NCBI GenBank assembly: GCA_951406725.2 | Contig: OX597815.1 | Span: forward strand, 37,944,001 to 38,008,000 | Direction of reading: 5' to 3' | Source of the DNA: Octopus vulgaris | Lineage: Eukaryota | DNA length: 64,000 bases | Shown: one piece after another, positions 36,514 through 51,180 of the stretch | How the letters are laid out: every line of letters starts with the position of its first letter | Numbering within the stretch: position 1 is the first letter of the stretch | The notes under the pieces: generated by a model | What the model was told of the DNA's origin: nothing | The model's input: the letters and a program-made list of their open reading frames with translations, nothing else | Database searches by the model: none | Program-made: the position numbers and the translations under genes

Positions 36514-39087
36514 GTTTACAGAGACGGACGTAATGCAAGTAGAAAACGTATATATTATCCACTGTAAGACTGAAAAATGATCTCAGATGAAAGAAAGACA
36601 ATACAAATAACTACAAAAAAATGATCACATTATAAAACTATTTTCTTTCTAGAAGGGTGGCTATTATGACGAAGCAAAGGTCGAAATTACAAATAGTTGT
36701 GAGGAGAGTAGAGAAACAAGGAAAGAATTTGTAAAACTAAAGGTGGCTTACATAATGCTTTGTTAAAACCATGGCTAAGGAGTATCCTATATGATCACTG
36801 AATAAAAATGAACGAAATGAAAGAAGTGGAATTACATCAGAAAGGTATCATAGCATAGCAGCATATTATGTGCTGATATATTTTATTTCATATATACATT
36901 GCGAAGGAGACACAGAAAATACGGTACCTCCTAATCGCAGTATCAGTTCCAAGGGGCAATAATGCTTCTCTGATTGAATTTGAATAAGGATCAGCGTATA
37001 AAAGTCTGAAAATTGAAAGAATCAGAGTGCTGAGGATGGAGAATAGAAACAACTGCTAACACCTTTAAAGCATGCATTAAAACTATGAGAAGTGAGAAAA
37101 GTTTCGTTGGCGAATTACATAGTTTACTCTGACATACATACTTTTCTCTATATTATCGACATATTGCGTAAGGTGAAATTAGTATAGCGAAAAGTTTATA
37201 GACGCTTGAAACATATTCAGTATTTATTTACCATCTAATAAGTAATTATCAACCTCTTGTAGTTACATGAGTTTGATACGTTTTCTTTTATTCGCTCTCG
37301 ACCTTGCTGTATCTGTTGTCTGTGATCAATCTCAGCAAAAGGAACCGTTTTCAAATAAATGAAATTGTCTCAGCTGCCAAGAAGAGAAATAGTTTCGATA
37401 GAAATCAGCACACAACGAGCATAAAACCTATTAGAAAATTGTCTCCCTCTACGTTTTGTCATCAATCATAATTCTGCTTACAACTAGAATATTCAAATTA
37501 TATGTTTCTATCGCGAACGTGTTCAGAACTGCCTAATTCAGTGTAGATATATTACAAATTAATTTAGATATGGTACACCATAGAATGCTAAACCAAATTA
37601 ATATTTTCATGCTACATCGGTAAAAGATACCGAATAAATAAGAGTAAAATTCATAGTAAGTGAGATGGTGAAAGTGTTACGTTTCTGCCATAGTTTCTTG
37701 TATAAGGCATATAAACCTAATGAGTTCTCTGAAGAAAAATAATAAATCAACATAGAAGAAATTTCCCGAATAGCCGATAATTTTCCACAAGATTCTCTAT
37801 ATATCGTTCTTAAGTTACAAACTAATGTATTTTGTCAAAATGCACATGTTGTTTGATGATTGTCATTTATTTACAAGTCACACATTTTGTATTCCAAACT
37901 TCTTACCTCTCGTAATCTTTTCTATGAATATCAACTGTTCAGTTGCATTTCTGAAAGAATAATAATAATGTAAGTTGATTTACATAATCAGTGCTAATAT
38001 TAAACATGTTATTATAAACTGGACAAGGAAAGGTTAAATATATCGTTTTTTTTAATGAAAAACTATGGATTTCGCTAACGTTATTTCTAGCAGAAATACT
38101 GAGAGATACTGAGATTTAGCAAAAATGTGTAATTAGAAGAAATAAGAGTAAAACTATTTAGATGAAAGCATTAACATTAGATGACTAAAGGAAAATGGTC
38201 GGCGTAATTTTAAAACAATAAAGGATTAGGGTGAATATAAGTACGCATATTCTTTTTTAAAATACATTCCTTGATTTGATTTCTTGCTTTCTCTTCTAAA
38301 GCTTTATTACATAATTACGTAACCCTAATTTCAAACATACAGATTTCTTTAATAAAATTTTGGCGCCAAAATATATTCTTGTCGCATTTGAGAAGTACAT
38401 GAAGATTCAAAATAATGAACGGGGAAAACGGAGTATATCAATAAAAAAGGCTTACAGTTGTAGCCATAGACAAATCTTTGGTGTTGGTCTAAAATAAAAG
38501 TTGATGATTGCATATATGTACGTGTTTACATATTATTTCAAATTTTTATAATTCTTCCAACAAAGATATGTTGGTTTCTAATAAAGAAAGAAAGCTCTCA
38601 CGATGGAATTTGGATAACAACAAATGTTACATGTTGAACTTAGCAAAGGCTGTCATAATTTTATTCTTCCACTTACAGGTTGCATTTGTAAAGAGTGTGT
38701 TAGAAAGTGTTCTTTGATATAAAATCTCAACTTTTCCAGATACAAATTATTACTACAATGAACAAATACGCCAATAATAATTATTACTTCTCTGCCTATA
38801 CAGCACTTATTCCTTTATCGTCGAAAATACCTCTATTAGGTCAGCTATGTTTGATTTGATAAAAGATTTGATGTAAACATTTCACGAATACTACTTGAGT
38901 TGTTATGTAAACTTGAGTATTCAGTATCAGAAGTTTCTATGTATCTACCCCAGGGCCATCTCTCTTGCAGATGATATTATGTATTAATTCAGCAACAATG
39001 TACCATATTATGTGCATAACATACAAACACAGACGTGTAAATATACAGACACAACATATCTCCATATGTACATATGTATGTTGTATG

Positions 39088-39127
<40 letters not shown>

Positions 39128-39335
39128 GTTAATCCAAACATGAAAACACAAAGAGAAAACACAACAACGCGAGGATGTGGAACAAGTATAGTGTTATTGG
39201 ACGCTCAAGAAAGGAAAAAAAGAAGGAAGAATTAACGTTTCGAGCGGAGCTCTTCGTCAGAAACATGGGAAAAGGAAAGGTCCAAGGAAGGGGAGGCGGA
39301 GGAAAAACATCTCCAACAATACACACGCGGTCACA
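39128..39335 (-). mobile_element. Short (TA)n-embedded element carrying a hammerhead motif (PLE pseudo-LTR/retrozyme-like)
   Basis: Flanked by (TA)n and (TATG)n; contains the HHR core listed next. Confidence 0.65.
39233..39264 (-). ncRNA. Minimal type I hammerhead motif
   Basis: Minus strand GTTT-CTGACGA-A-GAGC-TCC-GCTC-GAAA-CGTTA; palindromic AACGTT stem III; stem I 3' arm imperfect. Confidence 0.7.
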
Positions 39336-39344
39336 ATATATGTA

Positions 39345-39380
<36 letters not shown>

Positions 39381-39519
39381 TGTATGTATGTATGTATTTA
39401 TGTATACTAATTTACGTTCATTTATGTTCAGTTATGTACAGTTACTGGTTTTTGTTTTTAAGCAAATGTTTAACATTCATTTCGACGTTTGTCCGTGGAC
39501 AGACCGGTTTAGTCTATTT

Positions 39520-39729
39520 ATTCTTTTATTCTTTTTCTTGTTTGTCATTTTGACTGCGGCCATGCTGGAGCACCATCTTTAGTCGAACAGATGTACCCCA
39601 AGAGTTATATTTTGTAATCCTGGTACTTATTCTATTGGTTATTTTGCCGAACCGTTAAGTTACGGGTAAGTAACCACACCAACATCGGTTATCAAACGAT
39701 GGTGGGGGCACAAACACAGTCGAACAAAT

Positions 39730-39790
<61 letters not shown>

Positions 39791-39959
39791 CATATACGAC
39801 GGGCTTCTTTCAGTTTCCGTCTGCCAAATCCACTCACAAGGCTTTGGTCAGCCCGAGGCTATAGTAGAAGACACTCGCCCAAGATGCCACGCAGAGGAAC
39901 TGAACCTAGAGCCATGTGATTGGGAAGCAAGTTTCTTACCACACAGCCACTCCTGCGCC
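39520..39959 (-). mobile_element. SINE family B
   Basis: End-to-end reverse homology to 15703-16089, with internal (CA)n(TA)n. Confidence 0.9.
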
Positions 39960-40747
39960 AAAACAAATTAATTTGTTTCATCGCATATGCTGTCTATATC
40001 TTTCGGCCCGACCGAGCTTGTGGCTGAGCTGTGATGAGTGCAATATATAAAGTAGTACATCCGTTTTGAAATAAAAAGAAAAGCTTGATTGAGAGGAACA
40101 CCATACCTTGGAATAAAAATGGTCGTATTTTATTCATTCAAACATCTGATACCACAGAGGCGTGCAGATACAATGGAAAACCTTGGCACGATGAAAGAAG
40201 TCGCTGAGGATAGATCAAGCGCATAGCGTTCTATCTGTAATTCAAATGCCCTACCTTCTCACATGTTGCGTAATGCTAGTTCGATCTGACGATGAAGTTT
40301 GCAGGTGTAAACGAAAGTAAGAATTACTCAATATACGTGATAAAATCTATTCATTTGGAATAATGTTCGACCCTACCGATACACGAAATTTCCCACTACC
40401 TGCGATTGCACAAGCGATAGCATGATTTTTTATCGCTTCAACGATTGCACGTTTAGATAAAACACCAGTAGCAATGAAGCTAATCTTCAGATTCATCCCC
40501 ATATCTTTATATTTCTCTCTCTATTTATACATACATACATGCGCGGACTCACATATACACATATTTATGTATATGTGCATGCGCGTGTAAAAGAAAGAGG
40601 AGGGGAAACAAGTAGAACGATGCAAACTGCTTTACTACATACACAACCATAGCTGCATCAATTTCTAAAACCGTTGCAGATAAATTATATATATGAATGG
40701 ATGATTAAACATTTCTTTAATTACCAATCCTAATACTGTAGACAGGT

Positions 40748-40771
40748 GATATATATATATATATATATATG

Positions 40772-40820
<49 letters not shown>

Positions 40821-40894
40821 GTATATATATATACGTATATATATATGTACGTATATATATATACGTATATATATATACGTATATATATATATAC

Positions 40895-40932
<38 letters not shown>
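40748..40932. repeat. (TA)n microsatellite with periodic CG interruptions
   Basis: Direct sequence. Confidence 0.97.
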
Positions 40933-40935
<3 letters not shown>

Positions 40936-41043
40936 CACCCCACTTGTCGTATGGTTAACACCATATTGATTTCCGGTGCATCCTAGTTAAGGACCTTATT
41001 CATGTGAATTTTTAGAATTCACTTGAATCTCAATTACTTAACC

Positions 41044-41078
<35 letters not shown>

Positions 41079-41099
41079 TTAAAATATATAAAAGAGAAC

Positions 41100-41314
41100 A
41101 GCGGCAAGCGTTCCCGGATATATATATATAATATGGCATTCTTATAAAATAAGAAAAAAGCTGTCCGCTGATAATAAAAAATTATTATATGCGATGGAGT
41201 TAACGCAGGTGTAATCAAATATTTTTATTTTCGACACATGTTTCGAAAATTCCACTGATACTATTCAAAAGAATAAATGGTATAAACAATTCAATCTTCT
41301 CCTTTACTTGTGAG

Positions 41315-41316
<2 letters not shown>
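41100..41316 (-). mobile_element. Truncated Penelope pseudo-LTR (same family as 14985-15435) in (TA)n
   Basis: Minus strand GAGAAGATTG..TTTATTC..TTCGAAACATGTGTCGA..ACACCTGCGTTAACTCCAT; the CTGAT part of the HHR is lost. Confidence 0.7.
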
Positions 41317-41388
<72 letters not shown>

Positions 41389-41408
41389 TATACATATATA
41401 TACATACA

Positions 41409-41508
<100 letters not shown>

Positions 41509-41611
41509 GAGTTTCAACCGGGATGGAAAGTGGAGTGTGCATTAGTTTCTAATTTAGATTTTGTCGTATGTGTGAAATAATTTATTTAGAACTGTCAATA
41601 TGTCTAATGTC

Positions 41612-41800
41612 GAGGTAGGTGGCTTAGTGGTTAGAGCGTTGCACTCCTGGTCGTAAGATTGTGTTTCAATTCCTGTATGAGCGTTGAGTTGTGCTGTAGA
41701 ACAAAACAAGACTACCATGCCAAGAAGCATTGATTCTGGTAGTGCAAATACACAATTACAAAACGTATAAGAACTCCAGGTGTCATGCATACTGTCACTC
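41612..41800 (+). mobile_element. tRNA-derived SINE (third type), degenerate
   Basis: A box GGTGGCTTAGTGGTTAGAGCG and B-box-like GTTTCAATTCC; no cloverleaf 3' stem. Confidence 0.6.
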
Positions 41801-44766
41801 TTTCACTGATTATTACTAAAGATATATGTACAATAATATTCTCCACGAATCAATGTTAATAACTGAAATATGTTGTTAAACATATTTGCGAAATTATTGT
41901 TAAAAACACAAGCGGTAATAGGACTGTGCACGTAATACATCTAACAGGTACAGAACCAAATATTCTTTTTTTTTCATTTTGGAAAGCTAAATATCAAATC
42001 ACCTTGGATATATAGTTCTCCGTATTCCATACACACTTCTAATTTCGTTTGTTTGGTTGCAAGCCATTGTCATTTATTGAAGTAGAAATGAATTCCTCCG
42101 TTGATTTCTTTCCTATCGCGTTCTATATAACAACTCTTCATCCGGCTCACTGGAATAACATTCGATTCTAGCTAGACTTTTGGAATACGTGCATGTTTCA
42201 TTATCAAAAGTATGCTTTTTGAACACGATTACTCACTTGTTTTCTAAGAATTTGTTATTTTGCAATTTCTTGCAATATCTTCTGGACTGAGTTTCCACTT
42301 CAACTGAAAAGTCTCTTCACATAAATTTCTGCAGGAAATCTACCCATTTGAAAAATATATACGCTCACAAGGACAATAAGAAAATCAATAATTCTTTGAC
42401 AAGTACGGTAAAATATGAGCTGTTAAATTTTTTATAACCATTTTCCATGCAATTTGTATAATATCTGTCGTTATCTTCAAATTGCCAAATTTTGTCTGTA
42501 TAAATTATGCTTTTCGCAATAGAAAATTTATTTAGATTCCCATTATTGTTTTACGCACGAATTCGTTAGTTGCTGCGTTTAGGAGTATTCTAAGATGAAA
42601 GTGTGTGTTTTTAATGGTATGTATTCACTTTTTAGCAGTTAACAGTTTATTTGGTTAGAATCGTCTGCCCTCGCAACATTGGGGCTGTGAGTGTTGTCGG
42701 GTATGCATTATATTAATATTGATGGTCTGCGTCGGCAAAAATCATGCTCAAGGAATAGATCAAAATTAAAGAATGGCTTTAATTGTGTTCAAATAACACT
42801 ATCTAATTGGATCTTTGGGATATTATTAAATGTAACGTCTACACGTAATAAGCCAACAGAAGAAACATTATATTCCCCAGCAAATTCTTTAACTATTTAT
42901 ATTACATGGTATTATTTTAATACCCAATTCTTTACTTCTTAGATTTTTCGTTTAATGTATCCGTACTAGAAACATCCTATACCCACACACATTCAACAGT
43001 ACGTATAGATACATAACATATATTTACATGCACAAAGTTGTACTCGACCAAGTATGCAAATTACTGCTTCAAATAAATAGGAAAGAAAAAAAGACGAGGC
43101 GAGCGCTTTTATTGTAAGAGATAACCGACTAGTAATCCGAACAGTTAAGTTGTTACATCAATCTCTTTTTCAAAAGACTTTTACTTACGATTGTAAAGTA
43201 GCCGTGAAAACATGCTGCCAGTTTCATTGAGAAAACTACATGTATTAACACATGCAATTTTCGTTACTCAAATTGTGAGATTTTATAAATATATAGCCCA
43301 CAATTCAATGACTATACAACCCGGTAATACAGTCCTGACGAATCGAGACCACTTCATGTTTCGATTCACTTGATTTGCATACGTTTCCTAGCGACAATAT
43401 TACTATTACGATATCGCATATTCATTCTTTAAAACATTCACCCGTTTTTTTTTTTAACAATATACAAGGCTTAACTCTATACGTCTATCACTAAAACGCA
43501 TTCAACGATATATTATTCTGTTATCTTAACCACGCTGTTTGTACGTTATTGTAATGAATTGAAGCCACACATGACTCCTACTTAAATAGTACATATGACT
43601 AACATGAAAATGTTTTTATGAAAAGTAACTATACTCTATATTGCCAGATGCGTCTCTCACACGGTACAAATGCGTAATTAGCAAAAAGGTTTATCTTATT
43701 ATTTATCTGTTGTATTTAATGTACAATAATCAATTGCGTAGATCAATAAATTTCTTGATTATTCTTGAATGATTCTTAATTATAGATATGAAAATATTTA
43801 ATTGCGTTGTTGAGTAGTCTCTGTCTGCACTGAATGAGAAGACGCATACTTGCGCGGAAGATAATCAATCGTTTGACACACGCTATACTTCCAATGCATA
43901 TCCGACTGCAATGAATAGTCTCTATCGCAAATCTTAATTAAAACGAGTTCATTGTTGATTTAAAGGCGTCTTTGGCCATGTTTTGCAGTGGAAATACTCA
44001 CCATATATTCACTCTATATAAAATTCCTTTGATTCTTCAGAAATCATTAAAACTAATTAGTAAGTAGGTTAGGCACCTGACAAGTAAGGAACCGAATTTG
44101 CAAGTATGTTAACATTGTAATTTAGAAGATTGCGGTTTGCAACAGACTTGAATGGTAGTGTCGTTTATAGACTTTTGCAGTATTAATAATGTGCTTACCT
44201 GTTTGTATAGTTTAGTATATGTTAGTTATAATTGGTTAAACTGTCTGCTCTCATACGTAAATTAGTTTAAGTTAAATCTGTTTGTATAGTTTATGGGAGT
44301 AAAGTGTGCAAAACACTCTACTTGTTCTTTTCTTTGTCTTATGCCAAAATAAGTGATCCACAAAGGGACGACATATTCCATTATCGACAGTTTTTGTACC
44401 CGACAACACAGCTGTGACTTCAAAATTCGTTTTCTTGGTTTTTACTTGCAGACTGCTATATAATTGTTTTCGTCTATCATCTTCACTAGTTTTTATATTG
44501 ATTTAGAAGACATCAAATTATCAAATTAAGAATATTGATTTCTTACACATGAGGCGAAAGGCAAAGAATTTGATGAGAGGCGAACAAAGTCGATTATATG
44601 AACTAAAGTTCATGCTTCATAGTTTATCTTATCAGCTCCAAAAGAATGGAAGGCAAATCTGGTCCTGGCGAGATTTCCACTTCGGAACATAAAGATCCGG
44701 AATAAAAACAGCAAAGAATAATCCAAAACTATTGTGATTCTGCTAGTACCTTTAATAAATTACAAT

Positions 44767-44977
44767 TCTCTTTTTACTCTTTTACTTGTTTCAGTCATTT
44801 GACTGCGGCCATGCTGGAGCACTGCTTTTAGTCGAGCAAATCGACCCCATGACTTATTTCTTGTAAGCCTAGTACTTATTCTATCGGTCTCTTTTGCCGA
44901 ACCGCTAGATTACGGGGACGTAAACACACCACCATCGGTTGTCAAGCGATGTTAGGGGAATAAACACAGACGGACAA

Positions 44978-45008
<31 letters not shown>

Positions 45009-45179
45009 CGACGAGCTTCTTTCAGTTTCCGTCTACCAAATCCACAAATTCACTCAAAAGGCTTTGGTCGGCCCAAGACTATAATAGAACACACTCGCCC
45101 AAGGTGCCATGCAGTGGGAATGAACCCAGAACCATGTGGTTGATAAGCAAGCTACTTATCCCACAGCCACTCCTGCGCC
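44767..45179 (-). mobile_element. SINE family B
   Basis: End-to-end reverse homology to 15703-16089. Confidence 0.9.
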
Positions 45180-45375
45180 TATTGTTTAAAATGTTGGCAC
45201 AAGTCTAGGGACTTTAGACAAAGGTGTATGTTGATTGCACTGACTCCAGTACTCAACTGAAACTTATTTCATCATGAAAGACAATGCCGATCTCAGCGGC
45301 ATACATACATACATACATACACAAACACAAACACAAACACACACACACACACATATACACACAGACACATATATA

Positions 45376-45453
45376 TATAATCAAAATAAGCAACAAGGAT
45401 ATCCAGAGGCGATGCATTACCTCTGGATATCTTTGTTGCTTATTTTGATTATA
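45376..45453. repeat. 78-bp near-perfect palindrome next to (TA)n
   Basis: TATAATCAAAATAAGCAACAAGGATATCCAGAGG-cgATGCATta-CCTCTGGATATCTTTGTTGCTTATTTTGATTATA. Confidence 0.92.
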
Positions 45454-45557
45454 ATCACCCCATTTTGAATTATATGGATAATACCATACTAAATTCTGAT
45501 GCCTTTAAATTAAGCACCATATTCAACTCTCTCTCTCTCTCTCTCTCTCTCTCGCTA

Positions 45558-45625
<68 letters not shown>

Positions 45626-45993
45626 CATACATACATATAGTTCCCTGGTTTACTCTGACCTGTGTAATAGCACCTATTAGGGTCCTAGCTATGAATTAAA
45701 TAGAATGTTGGCTAAGCACCGCCTCCCCTTCCCTCCGACGTCAAATGCAGAACAGTGTCTTCTCAGAGCATCCGGTGAATGCCTGTTCCGTCACTCGGTG
45801 GCAAGTTAAGTTGTGTTTCGTGCTGCTATTAGCTACGACAGGACATAGTCAAGCTGGCTTGTTGTAAAGGTCTAGCGGTTCATATTATGGACGTGGCATA
45901 TCGCTGTATTTTTATCTCATCCTTGTCACTGCACCAGTTGCGGATAAGTGGAGTTCTGTGGCGGAGGATTGCACGCCTTTATCACTATATATA

Positions 45994-46442
45994 CATGAAG
46001 TTAAATAATATTTCCGGTCATAGAGTGACCAATGGTTTTGCATCCACAAAGTGCTTAGTTTTGTAGACGACTTGTCAGACTACAATGGCTGCTGGAACTT
46101 AACCGCTGTCCAAACTGTAGGCAGAGAACCGATCTAAGCAAAAGAAAAATATACATTGTCTGGGCTATAAACAGGACATGTTATCGCCTTTACGCTGGTC
46201 CAGTTAGCAAATGGACGTAAAGGGCGAACGGTGAATTTTCAGTCTAATGTTGGTTCCAGTCTGCAAATAATTTTACAGCCCTGATCGACGAACGGGGAGT
46301 CAACACCTGCAGCAGGTAGCGTTTGAAATGGGAGCAGGGGCTACAGATTTCATGTCTTGAGTATAAGATTGGAGTCTGGCGAGACATCTACAAAGCTAAG
46401 CGCTTTGGCCACTCTATGACCGGACATATATTTAACTTTACG
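45994..46442. mobile_element. MITE with ~70-90-bp imperfect TIRs, TA-flanked
   Basis: Left AAGTTAAAT..TCCGGTCATAGAGTGACCAA..GTGCTTAGTTTTGTAGA..CAGACT mirrors right AGTCTG..TCTACAAAGCTAAGCGC.TTGGCCACTCTATGACCGGA..ATTTAACTT. Confidence 0.75.
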
Positions 46443-49400
46443 TAGATATATTACTTATAAAGTGTGCTCCCTTTTTTCGCACAGTAGTTTGGGATACCGG
46501 TGTTTTGACACTGAAGCGACTAGTATATTTATATCAGAGCCTCCTTATAGTGTGTATGTATATATAACGTATGTATGTATGTGGATTGATTTCATCGAGT
46601 TATATTGGCAAAGAATGTAAACATGAACATAAAAACTAAAACGCCAGTGCTCACTTTTGACGTAATGACTTTGTAACGAGATACAGATTTTCATAATTCA
46701 TAATTGTAGGGATTGCTCTGATGGTAAACTATTATCAGTGATCCTATTTTTGAAAAACTGCGACATAAAATGTAATAATTAAAAAAATATTAATAGAACG
46801 TAGAGAGATATATTTCGTGGGAAATTGATAAACGAGAGAATTTAAACTGAACCTCCTACACAGGATCAGTTATTTTTACATGAAAATGCACATTACTTAT
46901 ATTACTGAATCTCAATCGTCGCCGTGCCTCTACTAACCTGGAAAATATTTTCACTTATTTATAACTAAAACAATAAAGAAGATACTTCGTTCCAAGAGAC
47001 GCACTTTTAATTAAACGTACATTACTTCAATCACGTAAGTATAACCACTGTGAATTAATGCACATTTCAGTTTTCTATTTCCCTTATCTTTTTACAATAC
47101 AGAGCCTTTGTGTGCAATAAACAAAATTAAAAAAACTTAAGTATTTCTATTTACGTACTTTTATTTTCTCTTCAGAATATTTTTATCACGCAGAAACCTC
47201 GAGTTATTTCTTTTGCACGTTGTTTTTTATTCGTGTTTTATATATAAAAATAATACGTTATTCATATATATTCATCACATGTTCACACGTTTTAAATTTC
47301 AGTTCCCAGAGATGTATCTTTCAATATCGATTTCTTATTAGCTGCTGCAAAGTATAATGCTTTGTTTCCATGGCATCTAGAGTTTCTTTGCAGCAAATAC
47401 GAAAGCTATCATGGCTTTAGGTATATCAGCACCACTAATGTAAAATAATAACTGTTTCGTATTAAATTTGATAAATTGTCGATATACAAAACAACTGTAT
47501 ACAAATGTATATGTGTTGTAGCGGAGGGTTTAATTTATACCACCACTCACCTTCATAGCTGTAAAATAAAAACTTAAAAAGAAAAAATACATGGCTTTTA
47601 TTTCTCCATACAGCTATTGTATACGCTTTTTGATACAGAATTAGGTGTCAGTACCTGAAATAAATTATATTTATGATATTTATTAATTTAAGACAATATA
47701 CACAATTGTTATTAGGATGCAATGCCATGGCATATATGTGCGTTGCTTATTGAAATTACTTTAAAATATAGTGTACTTATTTTATCAACATTGTTGGAAT
47801 GTATAACATATTCAACCTTAGTGTTATGTGAGACCTAATAGATGAAATTAAATATTTATGGATTTAGCCTTGACAGAGGAAGGGAGTAGGTATTGGACTG
47901 GCTAGCTTAAATATTTTGCGTTCACAGACAACTGCAGATATTTCGTTTTTATTAGAACAAGAGATACACCTGTTCTCTTCAATGTATCTAATTAATGGAA
48001 TTGTATAAGATACACTTTAAATATTAACTGAGATAAGGCGTTGATCTAGATAAATTGATCTACATAGATTCCAAATACTTCATCTCAAGAAACAGTATCT
48101 AAGCACTAGTTTGTAAATCTTGCTTTAGTTGCTGAGAAGTTTTCATTTCATCAATGCTTAGCACTCCACTACCTCGGTGTTTTTTCAAACGATTTTGCTG
48201 AAATAAATGAGTCTTATTTCTTGCAGTTATATCAAAACTTAATTTTCGGGTAAATGGAATTATTTTCTTTTCCTTTATTGGGGTGCGGTGGGGGTGGGGG
48301 GTATCTAACACTAGATCTCATGCCACATCTAAAGTTAGATCATCATGACTTAAATATCATTGATCATCGGCCTGCCCAATCAATGTTGACTTTGGGGGTT
48401 AAACTATCACAACAACACCAACAACTTCTATCAAATTGTATACACTAATGGATATTTCAAACGGCTAGATACGAAATTCTAATTTAGAGCTACGTTTTGC
48501 TAAGAGTTACATTATACTAAGCGTTACGTTATACTATTAGTGGAAATGATTTTCTCAGATCCGAAAAAGGACATTTTATTAACAAAATGGTATTGACATA
48601 TTCAGTAAATCAATAATATACTGAGAATAATGGTTTGAAACCAATCGATTAAATGAGATACTTCTTTATGTTTATTTTCATTTTTTTCAATCAATCATGT
48701 AAATCGTGGCAAACCTTTAGCACATCATAGTTTAGAAATGAATCCAAGTTTTGTAAATTTGTCGACAATAGGATAATTTGCAATCTGAGAAATATGGAAT
48801 AATGCTATGTCAGAAAGGACACTCCACATGATTTCTACTTTTGCTACAAATAACACCTAAGTCTATTGCAAGTATATCCTACAATTATACGAAGGGAAAA
48901 CTTGAATAATATTCTCCAGTGTATAATATTCTAGAAAGGAAAGATAATGATCATGGCCGGATTGAACTTTGATTATAGATTTATTTCTCTGTCCAGTCTG
49001 AACGACTCCTCCATAAAGTAATTAAACTGTATATCAAACCAAACTGTACGACATTGATTGCAGATTAAAATCGGACACATGAAAGTACGAGGAATAACTA
49101 AAAATAAATTAGTTAGGAAATGAACGAACATACTTTTTTCTCGTGGGAGGTAGCAAAGATTCTTCTGCTCAGAATTCACACGATATGTAAAGACGAATTG
49201 TAGAGGAGATATACATGTGTAAATATACATAAGCAACGTTCAATTTATACAATAATGCGTGATATGCATTGATGGGCGAAGGAACCAATGCACAAGCAGT
49301 TTTTCCAAGATACAAAATATCTGTTATTAAGAGCAAGTGAATGAGAGATTACATGACTTCAATTCCTTTTTCGTGCAGAATTTTAATGTAAATATAATGA

Positions 49401-50615
49401 AAATTGCTTATAAAGATGAATGAAAACTACATGGTTGATGCTCATGTTGCAAGCTTAGAGAAATTCTTGATTTCTTTGAAAAATATTGCAAATATATTAT
49501 ATAGGTGAATGACAAAAACATTTTTTTATTGGTACATTGACACAAATATATGCATCTGAAATTCAAAGGCGCAAACTTGTCCCATATTGTATCATCACTC
49601 TGTTTGGGCTTGGAATAGGGTTAATGGAGGTTAATGTTAAATCTCTCTATGGCATACTCAATTGCTTACGAGTTAAGTCGGATATTACGTTAATCAAAAA
49701 GATCAGCACTCATTGAGGAAAGTGACAGAGGATCTGTTCATTGAATATGGGTATAGTAAACAAGCTCTGTTGTAGGACTTACTTATTGCTTCGATTTCGT
49801 TAGGACTAAAAACGAAATCGAAGCAGGTGGGATTTGAACTAAAAAAGTAGGAATGGGAAACTAAATAATGCTTGATATTTCTGCTGGTATTGTACCACTC
49901 TGTCACTTTACAACTCTCTGCGATAAATAACATTGCATGATGTTTATAGCTTTCTCGAATACATTAGCGATGTAAGCTAAGTGAAATAGCCATAAACATT
50001 GATTAAAAACATAGTTCAATATAAAAATAACTCCGAGTTAAATGAAAACTGTTTGTACATCTAGTGATAGTAAAAAGGTCACTTGAAAGAAAAGAGAAAG
50101 AAATATGTATGATAATTGAGATACTATAGACAACAAGGAAATATATGGATAGTTCAGAAGTGATTTATTGAATTTTTTTTAACATTTGTGTTTAAGATTA
50201 AAGCCTTTTTACTATACATAGTTAATGTATTGTTGTTCTTGTACAGTGACAGAAATTTCTCTTAGTACCTTATAAGTAAAAGTTGTCTTCGTAAGATTCG
50301 TCAATAGCTTTGTAACAAACGTTCAAATTTCCATTGTGATAGGACAATGTTTAATCAGCATGTGATCTTACCATTACTCAGAAAAAATACCCAAATTATA
50401 TAAAAAAATTGGAATACAGTATTTCTTGATATATTCCATTTTATTTATAAAACTTTAGAATTCTGCCGAAAATTAAGTTACTTTTGAAATAATTTTTTTC
50501 CACTGGGAAAAAAGAAGGCATTAATGTCAATGGCATTTAAACAAGTAGTGAAATTCTACAGACCACGAGGTTAAACACACACACACACACACACACCTCT
50601 AACTATGCACGTATG

Positions 50616-50649
<34 letters not shown>

Positions 50650-50799
50650 TGTATGTATGTATGTATGTATGTATGTATGTATGTATCTATCAATCTATCT
50701 GTATATCTATGCGTATGTTTATGCATATCTTTATAATGATTCTGAAGAATAGTTCATTTGTTTAATATAAATATCATGAGAATCAGAAGAAGACAGTGT

Positions 50800-51180
50800 G
50801 CTCACGGAATCATTAGTACGCAGGCAAAATTATTAGTGTCAATTTGTTCGTCTTTACAATCAGAGTTCAAACTCCACCGAGGTTGACTTTGATTTTCGTC
50901 TTTTCGAGGACGTTAAAATAAGTATTCGTTGAGTAATGTGGTTGATACAATCGACTTAGTCTCTCCCCGAAATTGCTGGCTTTGTGACAAAATTTGAAAT
51001 CATTACAATGCGATGTGGTATTTAGCTATACTCCTTTATAATCTGAGTTCAATTCCCACTAAGGTTAATTTTGCAATTCCCCTTCCTGGATACGGTAACA
51101 TAACGTAGCAGTCAAGTATTGCAGCTAATCCAATTCTTCCCAAAACTGATGATCTTATGCCCAAATTAGGAACTGATGCA
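50800..51180 (+). mobile_element. Two tandem degenerate SINE family A fragments
   Basis: GAGTTCAAACTCCACCGAGGTTGACTTT (~50863) and GAGTTCAATTCCCACTAAGGTT (~51045). Confidence 0.6.

Noticed and set aside
36520-38300. Old L1-like ORF2 traces (similar hints at 500-1500, 41800-42600, 47800-48250, 61080-61300, 62596-62784)
   Set aside because: Only isolated motif echoes; boundaries and identity cannot be supported without a profile search.
43880-44010. Pif1/Helitron helicase-like motif traces
   Set aside because: Similarity seen only by eye across frameshifts; could be chance.
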